Of a stretch of 64,000 nucleotides of DNA, positions 13,677-27,254 are shown in pieces. The DNA comes from Phoronis australis (taxonomy: Eukaryota; Animalia; Phoronida): the NCBI GenBank assembly GCA_002633005.1, contig NMRA01000161.1, positions 47,605-111,604 of the forward strand. The letters are read 5' to 3'. The translations under genes were made by a program, and so were the position numbers. Within the stretch, counting starts at the first letter, position 1. Every line of letters begins with the position of its first letter. Below the pieces are notes generated by a model that ran no database searches, was not told the DNA's origin, and saw only the letters and a list, made by a program, of their open reading frames with translations.

Positions 13677-13830
13677 CATGCGTGCACTCAGCCTAAAAAT
13701 AGGAGGGCTCGAATTTTTGAGAATGTGGACCTTTTAGTGGACTTTTGTCTCGTTTTCTACTTTTCCTGACTTTTTGTTTCTCTGAGGCGGACCTTTTTGC
13801 CCACTCCGCCAAATGGGGTGGGGGGAGGGG
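13677..13830. mobile_element. Truncated MITE of the same family as 30239-30480, opposite orientation
   Basis: CATGCGTGCACTCAGCCT end. Internal GGACTTTTGTCTC..TTTTTGTTTCTCTGAGGCGGAC..TTTTGCCCAC matches the reverse complement of 30295-30480. Confidence 0.65.
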
Positions 13831-16780
13831 CTCGTCATACCATTCAGGTCCAATAATCAACAAAGGCGTATTGTGGTGGGAAAAATGTACCATGAGCATA
13901 CACATGTACATGTACATGTAGTTCACGGCTCTAACCCGCTATCGAGAACTATAGCAACAACACGGCTCATCAAACGGTAAAGGTTTATGGAAATGCAGAA
14001 AACACATTTTATCTACTCATACCGACTCACTAACACTGCTCACTAACCGCCTAACTCTGGGTCAGACTCACGAAACACGGCTTAGGCTTAGGAAAACACA
14101 AGAAACACTTTTATCTATACTCCGAAACTCATGCACTGACACACTAACACGGTGCTTGCCCATGTATGACTCTTGTACTCACCGTTATTTTAAAATTCTT
14201 CGCTGGCAGTTTCACTGTCCACGATGGTGTATTTTTGACCCGCAGTAAGTTTTGTTTCGTCACCATCCGGACCGCCTTAAGAGAAAATATATTTACACTC
14301 TGTCATAAATTGATTAATGTGATGATATGGGAAGGTCACTTACCATTGTACTTGTGTGTCCTCTGCAAAGTAAACGATCAGGCGTACTAGCGAAAACTCG
14401 AACCTCCAGAAAAGCGCCAGTAAAAGCGATCCTTGCCAGCATGTGAACCAGATAATACTGTGTACTTTTTGACAACAAGAAAGAAGAAAAAAGTATACAC
14501 TAAACCATTGACTACAATATTTTCTTGTTTTATTCTAACACGAAACTTGGTGTCAAATCTGATTTTGTGTTAAACAAGAAACACGAAGTCAAGCGTTTCC
14601 ATATTCATGCGCCCACATGTACGCATTTGTGGATATGCATATTAGAGAGCTTTCGCAAAGTGTCGTGAACGTGAATTGTCACGCATACAGATGTACTTAA
14701 TACCGCGTCATACATGCCATTGTTGACTGTGACGTGATCCCGAAAGTGTTTCGGTATTTTACGCGAATACAATAACGTAGAAAATAAATCCGAAACTAAA
14801 AGAGGCAATCCAGATACTCGTGTTGACCATATCTTGTTTGTCGAAAAGTAGAATAAATATACGTAAATCAAACAACAAAAATGGATCACTGAAATTTTGG
14901 GATATAATAACATCCTTCGTCAACAGAAACAGAAATATAATAAAATCAAACACAATATGACAATTGACATCTGATATATGGCGTAATGAGCATGATGCAT
15001 TGCTGCGGAAAAAAAGTAAAGGATATAATTTAAGAAGTCTTTATGTTCAGTGCGTTTATGTTCAGTGCATTAGGTTTAAGTGTGTTGAGCTTATTTATCC
15101 AAAATTGTTCTCGCTATTACAGAGATTTTTGTCGCTTTAAACGCAAAACCTGTGTTCATTTTTAATTCTTATTTGATAAGACATCGAAATCACTTTTATT
15201 TTGATAGCATTCTCAGTCTTTCTTCTTTGTTTCAGTATAAAATGAGCACGATTCTTCTGTCTATAAATGTTCTAAAGTTTATTTGCAAGAAAGCACATTT
15301 TCCATATCCTTATTCTGCCGTGGCTGGATGGATATCATTGAACTAGATTGGATTTTTAACAGATATAATTTTGTGCTGTTAATTTTTTAAATGCTTAATT
15401 TACATACATCTATTTATTTTAAACTCCTAGTAAATTTAACATTCTAAGTGTTGATCATTTCTCGCAGAAGTTTGTAAAAACATTTTTTTCACCTAAAAGA
15501 AGTTGCATAGGTAGAGTGACTTTTAAGTTTTTTGTAAACTAGCTGACATGTACTAGGCCTACAATAACTCAATAACTGGACACCCCGAGCTCAGTTATTT
15601 ATTTCACGTTTACTTTCACGTTCACGTAAACATTTAGCTGTTGTGAAACCCATTTGTGTTACTGTAACGTGAATCGACACGTGGATAATTCACGTTCACG
15701 TCGCATTGCGAAACCTCTCTATTGCTGTCATCTATGTCCGGTGTCCGAACGTCCGCTGTCCTATATCCTAAATGCCTTCAGTATTTCCTAAATGTCTTTC
15801 AATATTTTAATGACATTTACAGAATATATACCCATGAAGCTGACGACAGAGGGCGACGAGTTTCAGACATATCAAAGTAACACTGTGCCCCCTAGTGGCA
15901 ATTTTAGATTTTTACGTTTGCCTCTGTAACTCCACAGTTTTTCAACGGATTTTCTTGAAAGGTAGGTTTCTATCAAGAAGACAGGATATTAATATGGGAA
16001 AGAGACTTTGTGGATATTTTTGAGTCCGCTTTTGGCGTCCGCCTCTCTATCTGTCAAAGCGCTCAAAGCATCATTGAGGAAATTTACAGATGTGTTTCTG
16101 GTGAGAATGCATTAATTCTTTGGCGGATGCAACTACCGTGACTGATAATTCTTAAAGAGGCATGGGGAGCGAAAGCTCGTCAAAATATCTTTTGAATAAT
16201 GCCTGACGAAAGTCCAGTTTCGCAATGTCTAGTACAGAGTAATTCACCGTCCCCTGTGGGGAAATTTCCAGAAAAAATCACAAAATTGACGATTTTTGAT
16301 AAACAGGCAAAGGAAAAAATCTGTGGTTACCACAGACTTTGTAATCTTCCTAAATAAAATGTGAGCATCGCAGTTGCTTGAAGTCGCGTGAGGTCAAAAG
16401 TCATTTTCCACACGAGGGAAATGTGCTACGTCTAGGTCTTGCCGTACCAAATAAGGAGACATGCTTTGCCTTGTGGGAGAAAAATCGACGAAGTGGCGAA
16501 CAGTCAATGAATCTGTTTTTGAAATTTGAAACTAAAAGAAAATGCTTTGATATCAACAGAAATATTTACGAGCAAACCACCAAAATACCTGGCAAGCAGG
16601 ATGAATTCTATTTCAGTGGCAGAGAACCACTTTCAATATTGCAATTTAGTCTGTTTATCGCATTCCTGGCGTCTTTAGAAGACCCAAACCGTAACTGATC
16701 CTACCTATTTCATTACTCTGCTGACCAAAACTAAGGTGTTCTCGGATAAGTGGGCATTGTATTCCGCTGAAAATTTTAAC

Positions 16781-17144
16781 GCGATTGTGTGATGAGCAAA
16801 ATCCTGGCTAATACTCTGCCCTGGCCCCCCTAACTCAAAATCCTGGATCCGCCCCTATACAGTGTACATGTATACATGGAACTTAGGTATTTGATCGTTT
16901 CCAAAAATGTGTAGGATTCCATGAATGGCTGCATACATTGTACCAGCTGCNATCAGTGGCGGATTTAGAGGGAGGCGATTGTGTGATGAGCAAAATCCTG
17001 GCTAATACTCTGCCCTGGCCCCCCTAACTCAAAATCCTGGATCCGCCCCTATACAGTGTACATGTATACATGGAACTTAGGTATTTGATCGTTTCCAAAA
17101 ATGTGTAGGATTCCATGAATGGCTGCATACATTGTACCAGCTGC
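16781..17144. repeat. Identical 170-bp direct duplication around a single N; includes a mini CAGTGGCGGAT MITE (16954-17051)
   Basis: 16781-16950 equals 16975-17144, with N at 16951. Confidence 0.9.
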
Positions 17145-17580
17145 AGGATTGGTCGTCTATACATGTAGCAGGCAGTGAACCGTAGGCCATAGTAGCTCTT
17201 CAAAACCACTTCTGTAGCCACTTTGAGGATACCAGTTTTTAAAATGTTTTTTGATACCACAAACCAGTGTGTTTTATAAAATGAAACAGTTTCCGTATTT
17301 AAACTTGTACATTTCTTCGAAAATTGATTAATTCAGCAAATATACATACGTGACATAGAATAGGACATATCAAAAAATATTAACAACGAAATTAGACGTC
17401 TGTAAGGTATGATACTGCAAATAATAGATAAAAAGCATATGTTTTGTTTTACATCAAACGTTTCACACCATGGTCATGAATGCTTGAATTCGGTTACAAA
17501 TACAATGTAATGTTGATTTGATATTTTACAGTAAATATTTCTTCCTCAATTTGTGTACTTTTAACCAATAAACCAACGCA

Positions 17581-17890
17581 AAAAGTGAAAAAAATAAAAA
17601 AGTTTTGTGTGACGTCATCAGTTGAAGTCTGGTATCCGCCATTGTGTTATTCTGCCCCAAGCACGAGCAGTAGTGGTCTCGGAATCTGAATTTGGCTGAG
17701 TATTATGGAAAGTAGTGTGTGCGGATGATGCAGTAAAAAGTGAAAAAAAATAAAAAAGTTTTGTGTGACGTCATCAGTTGAAGTCTGGTATCCGCCATTG
17801 TGTTATTCTGCCCCAACCACGAGCAGTAGTGGTCTCGGAATCTGAGTTTGGCTGAGTATTATGGAAAGTAGTGTGTGCGGATGATGCAGT
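17581..17890. repeat. ~155-bp tandem duplication x2
   Basis: AAAAGTGAAAAAAATAAAAAAG...GCGGATGATGCAGT occurs twice with few differences. Confidence 0.95.
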
Positions 17891-19554
17891 AATGGCAATC
17901 AGACATAAAATACTTCAATTTTGCGTTTCCAAAAGACATAAATCCACTGCTGGGATCTGCGTTTTTGTAATATGCTAGATCACATGTCGCTAAAATTACC
18001 GTTTCTATCAACTGCAACGGGTATTATTCAAGGCAAAATGAGGCAAAACAACTTTAGTGCGCCCATTCACCCGAGCGAAGCAATCATAATGCGTCAATGA
18101 ATTTTTTAAGCTTCAATGACGCAGGGTGCGTCTCTAAAGTTAACCCCTATCATGGGAAACTTGGAGGTCTGGTGAAAGATCTACTGGCATGTTGTGATAA
18201 AGCGAATACAAGCGACACCATGGTAGACAACGTCTTTTTCTCCCACGAACTGGTCCATCTGGGTCTTTTTGCCGTTCTTGTACACTGTAGTAGGGAGGTT
18301 GCCAAACTCTCGTCATCAGACCAAGGCTTTAATGAATGAAATTTTCCTATAATTAGTTTGGTTTCGAACAGCCCCACAGGTAAATGTGTGGAGAATGTAC
18401 ATAATTTTGACTACTATCTTGTCGTCTAGATGATTTTTTCAACAGCATTCCAAGGTTTTGGTTTTCTAATTTTGGTGTTGGAGAGGAAACTCCATATACT
18501 CACCTAAGAAAGAATTTCTTAGTGAACCCTTCTCTTACTTACACGAGTGTTCCAGTTGGCCTGTGTAAGTAAACACGGCTTAACAAGGGTTTTATTGGTA
18601 CATATGTAAAGCTGAGAAGATGATCATTTTATTTCGTTGTATGAGTTTTGAATAGCCCAGCCCAGCCAGAATGTGGAATGTCTGGCGGGCACAACACAAA
18701 GTGTATTTTGCCACAGGCCATTTAGTTGTCAATGGGATTTTTTGAAGCATTTGGGATTAATTTTTGTTAATCCTTTTTGCGTTTCTGGTGCACCCTTATC
18801 AGATTGCATTTTGTCTGGCATGGGTTATTTGGTGTTCAGTGCGACACCATTATTCGTTTTAAATTAGTTTTGACCGGTACCTTGAATATATAATCTAGAT
18901 CAAATGTTCAGTGTTGTTTGAGATTTTGGGGGTTTCTGGCAGGCACAATCGAAAGTGCATTTTGTGTGTCATGGGCCATTTACTGGTCAGTGGCATGCAT
19001 TGGATCACGTGCAATTGTTTTTGTGGTACCCCGAATGTATGAGCTAGCTCATATTTTGGGGGTCCATTTTTTGTTTCTGGCAGACCCTTTCCAGAGTGCA
19101 ATTTGTCTACCATGGGTCAGTTAGTGCTCAGTGGTGCACAATTGTTCGATTTAAATTAGATTTGACTTGTCAATCTGGGCACACTTTTCAAGCAGCAGGG
19201 GAGCGCCAAACTGAAATAAGTTTTGACCAACAAAGAGCATTTTAACAATGAACAGGGAATGACTCCGTTGTGTCCCGTTGCCTGCGCTAGTGCTGTGAAT
19301 CACAGACTGCTCCATCTTGACACATTTTAGCTTTTAGATAAGACTTTTAGACGAGGCCATGTGTGAGTGTAAAACTGGAATTTTTTTTTGTCTCTGCCAA
19401 CAGTGATTTGAAAATCATCCTGAACGTCATTTTGTAGTTTTAAGCTTCTATGGATCGTAAAAATAGTCGATATCGCTTTCCTATGTTTTTAGTATCTGTA
19501 CCTGAAGTGCACGCATATTTTTGAAAGTCATCGGAGTACTTGTTTTGTTTCCAG

Positions 19555-19644
19555 CATCTCGGAAGGACATTATCCCTGGGCAGGGAATGCCTTACACAAT
19601 GTCAGACGTGCAAGCCCCTCCGAAATGTCTGTGGACAATGAAGG
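19555..19644 (+). CDS. Second coding exon (phase 2-2): (S)ISEGHYPWAGNALHNVRRASPSEMSVDNE(G); read-through stops at 19702
   Basis: Strong acceptor TTGTTTTGTTTCCAG|. In frame with the signal exon, completing a cleavage-site-like ..VSISEG. 90 nt to a GG|GTATGC donor. Confidence 0.6.
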
Positions 19645-20185
19645 GTATGCAGGAAATTTGGAACGCAAGCTTCGCAAGGAACTCGGCGACGAGATGGAAT
19701 AAAATTTTCAATGGCATGCGTGAATACGCACATTTTAAAAGATTGAAATGTATTCGAAATACCTCTTAATCATTTCAAGGACATTAAAAATTAGTTCTCT
19801 GAACGCTTTTGTTGCGTTTCATTTTTGCTTCAACACCGTGTACAGATTTTACATCGCAAAATCGTTTGAATGTGAAAACTACAAACATTAAACGATACAA
19901 TTCACTATAATTCACCCAGTAAACTAAATTGCCGGAGATTTCACACAAAACAAGCAAGAACACTTTTTCAAAAATTCTCACACTTGAAGTTTTAAAATTG
20001 GTCTCAATTGTTCTTTTCCTAATAAGAATTCAGTTCTTGGTCTCCAAAGAACTGTCCGTTCATTGTCGCTCTAGAATAGCCTAAACACGTTGATTCTCAT
20101 GACGACTCCTTGAAGTTGAACATGGTCTCAAGAAGTGACGACTCCTCAGTCCTTCCGAAGCCCAGAATCTACCAACTCTTCACCT

Positions 20186-20414
20186 GGGGCCCGTTCCAAC
20201 AAAACTGACTTAGCTAACACAAATCTTAAATTTTATTAAAAATTTTAAAGTAAAAGTTAAATTTGTCTCAAAACCAATTCAAGAAAGAGATCTTAACTTT
20301 GTTGTCTTAATTTTGACCATTTTACCAAATGTGGAGGTTTCAAAGTTTTGAAGTGAAAACAAATCTATGACTTAAGTAAAAAATTAACTTAAGCCAGTTT
20401 CTTGGAACATAACC
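20186..20414. mobile_element. Harbinger-like MITE; relatives at 31175-31251 (77-bp mini copy) and ~48147-48300 (partial)
   Basis: GGGCCCGTTCCAACAAAACTGACTTA ... TAAGCCAGTTTCTTGGAAC inverted ends. Similar termini at the other sites. Superfamily is inferred from GGG(G)CC termini only. Confidence 0.65.
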
Positions 20415-20844
20415 AGGTTGAGATCACCTTTATGCAGTAAATGGTCTCAACTACATGTAAAAGTTAGTAGGGACCTTGTTTCAAAATTTCAAAAATATCA
20501 TATAAAAACCGTTTCTGTAGTTGACTAAATAAAACGAACAACAGAACAGGATTTGGGCCCCTGTACACTTTACGAAGCAGTGACATCACCATCACCACGG
20601 CTACTGGGTGTGTGTTGCCACTCGTCCAGCCTCAACGTCTAGGATTTGGTAGGCAAGATTGTAGTTGATTAAGTGAAGCCGAGGTGATCAGCACGACCAA
20701 GGCATCACCACCAGACCTCGCTAATGGACAAACGTTGCTTGCTGCTTATACTGATACATGTATACGTAACTTGATAAGATAATACCAACTCAGGCCATTT
20801 TATCCTACACGCGTTGAATCTGTCGAGGGAAATACGGTCATGTA

Positions 20845-22378
20845 CGGTGGCCCGAAAGTATCATCGCTATTTTAGTTTTTTATTTTTTTTTATTTTCCTT
20901 TTCCACCTAGGATGAAATATTTCAACCTAGGTGGAAATTATTTTCACCCGGGTGGAAATTATTTCAACCTAGGTGGAAATTATTTTCACCCGGGTGGAAA
21001 TTATTTTCACCCGGGTGGAAACTATTTCAATCTAGGTGGAAATTATTTTCACCCGGGTGGAAACTATTTCAACCTAGGTGGAAATTATTTCAACCTAGGT
21101 GGAAATTATTTTCACCCGGGTGGAAAATATTTCAACCTAGGTGGAAATTATTTTCACCCGGGTGGAAATTATTTTCACCTGGGTGAAAATGTTATACATC
21201 CGGGCACCTATTTTCATCTGTGTTGTGATTGGATGAAGTCTTGTAGGTGAAGGTCGATTGGGCCAGCCATTTTGTTCAACAAAGTTCAGATTAGGTTGCA
21301 ATGTCGGCGCCTTATCTGCCTCTTGGATTTGCCGCGGACTTTAACAGAGACAGTGTGATTACGTATTACTCCTAGTTCCAAAACAACTCTCTGAATAAAG
21401 TTGCCGGATTTCAGCAACGAACCCAAGCCATTAACAAATATAGTGTATGGTGTAGAACGTTGAGAAATTTCCGATAAATAAATGACATATTATTGTTGTT
21501 GTCCAAAAGCCTCAACCTTCCCGTGCTGACAGGTTTCAAAGACTTAAAGTTACACAACTAGCAACAAAAGGCACAGATAGTATTATAAATATCCCACAAA
21601 TGGTAAAAGACGTATGGTGAATCACATCTTATGGATTCACAAGAACGGGATACAAATTTTGGTAAACAACTAGCATGATTAATGAATTATACACCAGTCT
21701 TAAAAATTACTTAACATTGTTTCTAATTAGAGTATAATTGTCAGCAGTATCAAAAATGTCACTAACCAATAGTGTAATAAAACACACAATTTCTCATTAA
21801 AATACGTATTTGTGTATGACCATTGCAATGACAATCACCTTCAGTAACCAGCGTATAACAGTACAAAGTATTCAAGATTAAATTATATTGTAAGGTGCAG
21901 TCCAGATAAAGTAAGAAAATTCCAAATAAGTAACGTTTTCGCGGGGGGGGGGGGNNNNNNNNNNNNNNTCCTTGCACAGATTGTCCTGTATATGCTAACA
22001 CTCTAACACATATGTCTGCAAACATGTGGTGGCAGAATGATCTAACCGAATGACATGAATAAACAAAACAAAGAGCATTGTTTTTAGAGTGCTACAAAAG
22101 GGTGTGCAGCTATGGCTTGACACATGACTTGTTCCTAGCGCAAGTAGATGACGCCACGTAAACCAAACGGGTGAAAATAATTTCCACCCGGGTGAAAATA
22201 ATTTCCACCTAGGTTGAAATAATTTCCAACCAGGTGAAAATAGTTTCCACCCAGGTGAAAATAGTTTCCAACCAGGTGAAAATAGTTTCCACCTAGGTTT
22301 AATTATTTCCACCTAGGTGGAAAATGAAAAATGAAAAAATATTTAAACAAAAGTAGCGATGATACTGTCGGGCCACCG
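20845..22378. mobile_element. Foldback-type non-autonomous DNA transposon with TA flanks and inverted subterminal 21-bp arrays
   Basis: TA|CGGTGGCCCGAAAGTATCATCGCTA ... TAGCGATGATACTGTCGGGCCACCG|TA. Left array at ~20900-21200, inverted right array at ~22168-22322. N gap at 21955-21968. Confidence 0.9.
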
Positions 22379-25356
22379 TAGAAAATAGTTTAAAGTAATT
22401 GTAGCAGTGAAATACCACTCAACAAGCAACCAGATCTCAATCGTAACATCTGGAACACGACTGTTAATTATAAGATAGTTCTGTCTGTTTTCAATTGCTA
22501 GTCTAAGATATATCGTCTGCAACTCAGGCATCGATTCCTCGCCAATATCAAACATTGTTGTCACTGGCCATGACAGCACCAGATACTATCGGCGACAGTA
22601 TTACACGAGCAGCAACGACGACCGTCCCAGCAACACGTGAACCTATCCATACTACAGAATCCGTAGCCAGCCAGCTAGCTGTATGAACAGACTGTCGTAT
22701 ATTTAGTATACAACTTTGTACCAAGGCTACAGAATCCGTAGAAATGCGACAAAGTACCTGCAACAACGCTACAACAGGCATATTCACCGAGCTGTCATCA
22801 ACGGTGGCACTTATAACATCTTCGTTAAAACGGACGACGTGTTGGCTACGTGCCCCGGTCAATGACCTAGTTTCATGAATGAGTGCAGCTACCCGATGAG
22901 AATTTTACAATGTTACAAATATTCTTGTTATTTATTTACTTTCGAAAAATGATACAAGTTCAATGCACATTTTTTATCAATTTCAAGTAATAAATCGTTA
23001 CATTTAAAACTAAACTGTTTTCTTTTACTATAGTAAGTTAGCAACATAACGCGCACGTACATACACAACAGGTTGTGATTAGCCACGTAAACAGTCAGGG
23101 TGAACTATTTATAAAATGCATAAAAAAAATAAAAGGAACTCACGAATTCGATGCGTATCGGATAAATACAAAACATACCTCGAGTGGCGTACATGAAATA
23201 ACATCCCACTCGACATTTTTTCCGCGTATCGACCGAGACGGAGGTCGAGGTCGATACGTGGAATAATGTTTCTTTCACTTGATCAATTAAAATTGCCTTC
23301 GAGTGCTGATTTGACGACAAAAATGACGAATAAAGGCCAAAATCACAAATTCAAGGACCTTATTTTGTGACGTAATACATTCATGGCAGACGACTTTCGA
23401 GTATCTAGGATTTTGACGGACGCTCCCAAAGCAATTCCGAAGCTCTGTTTTCGCGTACCCACGAATGTTATTTGAGTGCCGTCCACATAATGTAGCATCA
23501 GTTTGAATGTAGTTAAGCTCTGGTTATGAAAAACAACGGCCTACTGCAAAATCCGGCGAATTGACGATAGGTGATTTACCGTGACTAAAACGTGCGGTAA
23601 AACATCGGAAATCTCCGCCAAAATCCGTGCTTGCGTTGTGCTTCAACAAAGAAGAGCATACAATGTCAAGATCAAACACAAGATACGCCTATTATTGCAA
23701 CTGAATTCTACGTTAAGTGATAAAATGAGCTACATGGAGAAACACATTACACAGAAATGAAAGGATTTTTTAGTAACCTCAGTCATTTACATGGGGGATA
23801 AATTTCTTGAGTTTTATATAGCGGTTGGCGTACAAGTTAAAGCACAACTGGAATCCGCCATGTGAACTATATTGGGACTTGGGTCCTTGAATTCAGAGTT
23901 TTGAGATTGTTTTGAAAATTTCGTCGCTAATTCACCACTCACAGGGATAGTTTAATGGGATCAAGACAAGATAAGGCTTCGAAGGTTTATTCAATACCAG
24001 TCTGAGGGAGATGCACGCCGATTTTATTTGGATTTGGGACGGTTGATGTTGGTAGCCTCGGCTCGGCAAGGTTTTAGTGCCCAACCTATATATTTCTTAT
24101 ATATGAGACATCGGGAAATTCGAGTACACTTACAATGTATCAAATGGACAAATCCAAACTATATCAAGCTATCACACATAGATGTTACGCACGCGCTCCT
24201 GAACGTGTCTTGCACGTTTTTTCACAAGCAAACGAAACAATTCAAAGAAACAATAAATTACGCAAAAATGAAACCTCGCTTCATCGCCATTGTAGTTATT
24301 GAACTTTGGTGAAATGTGGACTATGGGATAAACAACTATGTCTACAATCAAATTGACGCTAGCAACGTCGTTCCTGATAACAGTCACGTCTAACGGTTGA
24401 GTATTGATTTAAACGTGTTAATATACTGTGTATTAAAACAGACATGTGTTAGATGCCTTGGAAACAAACTGGCTGAATTGTTAAATCCGTTCATGTAGCT
24501 GCGTCAACTCCTGTAAACATGTAAAAAGTAGCGAACCTCACAAAAGTCTACCAAATGTGCAAAAACCAATGAGCTATAAATAACCTCACCGTTAAAAAGT
24601 GCCTTTTTACTTTGTCACGATGTACAGATTCTGACAACGAATAAGCTTTCAAATGTGATTAAAACATCTTCCATGCCGAATATTCCCCTCCGACCCAGTC
24701 AGAAATTATCTTTACCACGTCGGCCTATAAGGAATTGATGTCCTGATGGGAAGGTCTCGATGTGTTTCACATGGAGGTGGTGTTTGGCTACAGAAACACC
24801 GTGTCAGGGTTAGCCCAACGTAGAGTCATCTGGGAAATCGGGGAATTTAACCTGTAATTCTTTTTGTTATACAAACTTGAGATATAGAGTATATACAGTG
24901 ATTTAGATCCGTTGCCTCCAAATAAATGCAAACTTTGATGGTCACGGAATCAGAGCCCCTGGTTTAAACTTTGAACTCGAAATTGAGCTCGAAATTTTTT
25001 ATTAAAAATTATACTAAACCCTGTTTTGGGGACTCTACTAAGCATTACCGGCCTCTCATTTGTCACACGTTGGATATTATGGTTCTCGGTGGGTGTTAAT
25101 TCACAAGCACTTCTCTGGAAACTTTCCTAAAGCGCAGGTCACGATTGCTGTTTTTTGCAGACTTTGAAAGGATTTCGAATTCTGCTCCAAAGTTATGATG
25201 GTTTACAAAGCACTATTTTGTTTCTGAGCACTGGACGAAAAATTCAAATCCAAAATTTCTATCAATAGGCCATAACTGAGCCTGGTATTTTTTAAAGTTT
25301 CCATTCTGGTTCTGTGCAAACTCACTGACAGAAGTTGAGTGTGGGGTTTAGTTTAA

Positions 25357-27021
25357 AGGAGCATGTCACCCAAAAAACAACCTAATTTGTATCAATTTAG
25401 ATCGAGTAGTTCTACTCCATAACGACACGTACGGTGGCGTTACCTGACACCTGACAGCAGACGGTGGTGTTGAAATTATCCAATGACGTCATCGGTTTCA
25501 CACGCAGCCTGTTCAGCAGTTCACAACACGTGTTACTGGTGTCAGCTTATCGCTTGAAGTCATCGTTTAACACTAATAAATCATCAAACTTCGATGTAAA
25601 GCCTTAAAAATACACCGAGTTCTTATAAAAACGTGTTGTTTTATTTCGCTCTTACGGATTTATTGGTATTTGGACACACCGTAGCCTACAAAGTTTGGCA
25701 GGCCAATAAGGTCCATAGCAGGAGTTTGGGGTCTGTTCGGAGATAATTTCGAAGTATTTTCCGTGAGATAGAGACATGAGAACCTAGATCTGAGTTACTT
25801 AGGCTTGGAATTTTTTGAGTTCTAAACACAAAACGCTTGTTATCCTGGCCAGTGGCTCGGAGCCCGATCAGGCCCGTCGCGGCCGGCCGGATTGACTCGT
25901 TATCCCGGGCAGGCCAGTGGCTCGAAAACTGATCAGACACCACGAACATAAACCAGCCAAAGTTCAGAGGAAACTAAACTTCCAGTCAAGAAAATACTGT
26001 ACTAGTGAGCCAAAGCAGTGTGCACGTGATTATGTTGTTGAATTACCACGAAACTGCAAATCTATACTCGTCGGGGGCCGCGAATTCAGGTTCCGCTTTG
26101 GCCACAGCACCGTCAGGGCAGAAGTTGTACAATGACAATCATTATATTTGAGTAATGTAAATGTAAATAGAGATTCCCCTAACACCTGGCCGTGGGATGG
26201 AAATCGAGTTGTTTCACAATAGTTTCTGCCAACAAACACTGAATTAGCATGAGCTCACACGGCCTCGGTGTCCCGTCAATTAGTTTTATTGCACCTAAAG
26301 CCGGTAACGCAGTGATTTATTCATTGCTGGCTTCTCAAATCATTTGCACTCACGAACACTCCGAAGGCATTACAAATTGCATCTAATGAGACAGACTTTG
26401 TTTCAGTTTTATATAAGTATTGGTTAGGGTGAGAATAACTTATTTTGAAATAGAACGCTCGCAATCCAGACTTAGGACGAGCTAGTGCTAAAAGGTCCCG
26501 ACTTCGCAGGTGGATCGTTAAGTTTTACAGGCTATCAGTTCGAATAGGAATACAGTGATGAAGAAATATTAGAAAGGCGCCGTGAACAAGCTCAGACAAC
26601 GGAACGTATGGAGTTATTTGGTAACCCGGCATTCGTCGGACGTCTCAGTGCAGGCCACAGACACGGAGATGTTTCACGGACTCATACTTGCTATTTACAG
26701 CGTACAGTTCATTCTTCACTACCATGAGCCACTTCCTAAGCATTTCGGACTCTCGAGAAAGTAAAAAAAAAAACGACATACCCGCTTTCCTCGCAGCTGC
26801 TTAGTTCGGACAAGCGGGAACGATGCACCGCAACATAGCGGCATTCACTCTGCATATGAACCACTGACGTCGCTAGCGTCGTTTCTCACCTTCGTCACAG
26901 GTTAACGCGACACCTCTTGGCAAGGTAAGGTCTACCGTATGCGAGGCGATGTGGATATAGATCGATTGAGACGGCAAAAAAGACTAATAATTTCACTAAT
27001 TAAATCGGGTGGCATTCTCCT
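25357..27021 (-). mobile_element. Kolobok-like non-autonomous DNA transposon with THAP-domain relic (26648-26836, minus strand)
   Basis: TTAA|AGGAGCATGTCACCC ... GGGTGGCATTCTCCT|TTAA, i.e. TTAA TSD and purine-purine termini. Minus strand reads MLRCIVPACPN*..SFF..EMLRKWLMVVKN..HLRVCGLH, the THAP C2CH pattern. Confidence 0.85.
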
Positions 27022-27254
27022 TTAAAATGTACTATTGATTGTGCTTGGACGGAAAGAGAATGATTAAATCCAGTAATCAATTGATTATGTGATAACCACT
27101 AATTAAAACAAGTGAAACCTGTTTGTTAATTAAGTACGCTAACAATGAAGAATAGCAACTACGCTAGCGCCCTCTGTAAAGGTAACGTCAATCAATGGAC
27201 TATAAATAATCAAACGTCATATCTGCCATCCAAGCTGTAGGACTGGACACTCCT

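Noticed and set aside
14387-15118. Short inverted ends TACTAGCGAAAAC / GTTCTCGCTATTA
   Set aside because: Too short and imperfect to call an element without other copies.
18097-18380. Coding-like composition on the minus strand
   Set aside because: It has stops and no recognisable domain. It may be TE debris but cannot be assigned.
20912-21250. ORF of NYFHPGG/NYFNLGG heptad repeats (and WKLFSPG ORF at 21995-22312), resembling a multi-copy neuropeptide precursor
   Set aside because: It is a translation of the 21-bp arrays inside transposon arms. There is no signal peptide, dibasic site or splice support, and it is mirrored on the opposite arm.
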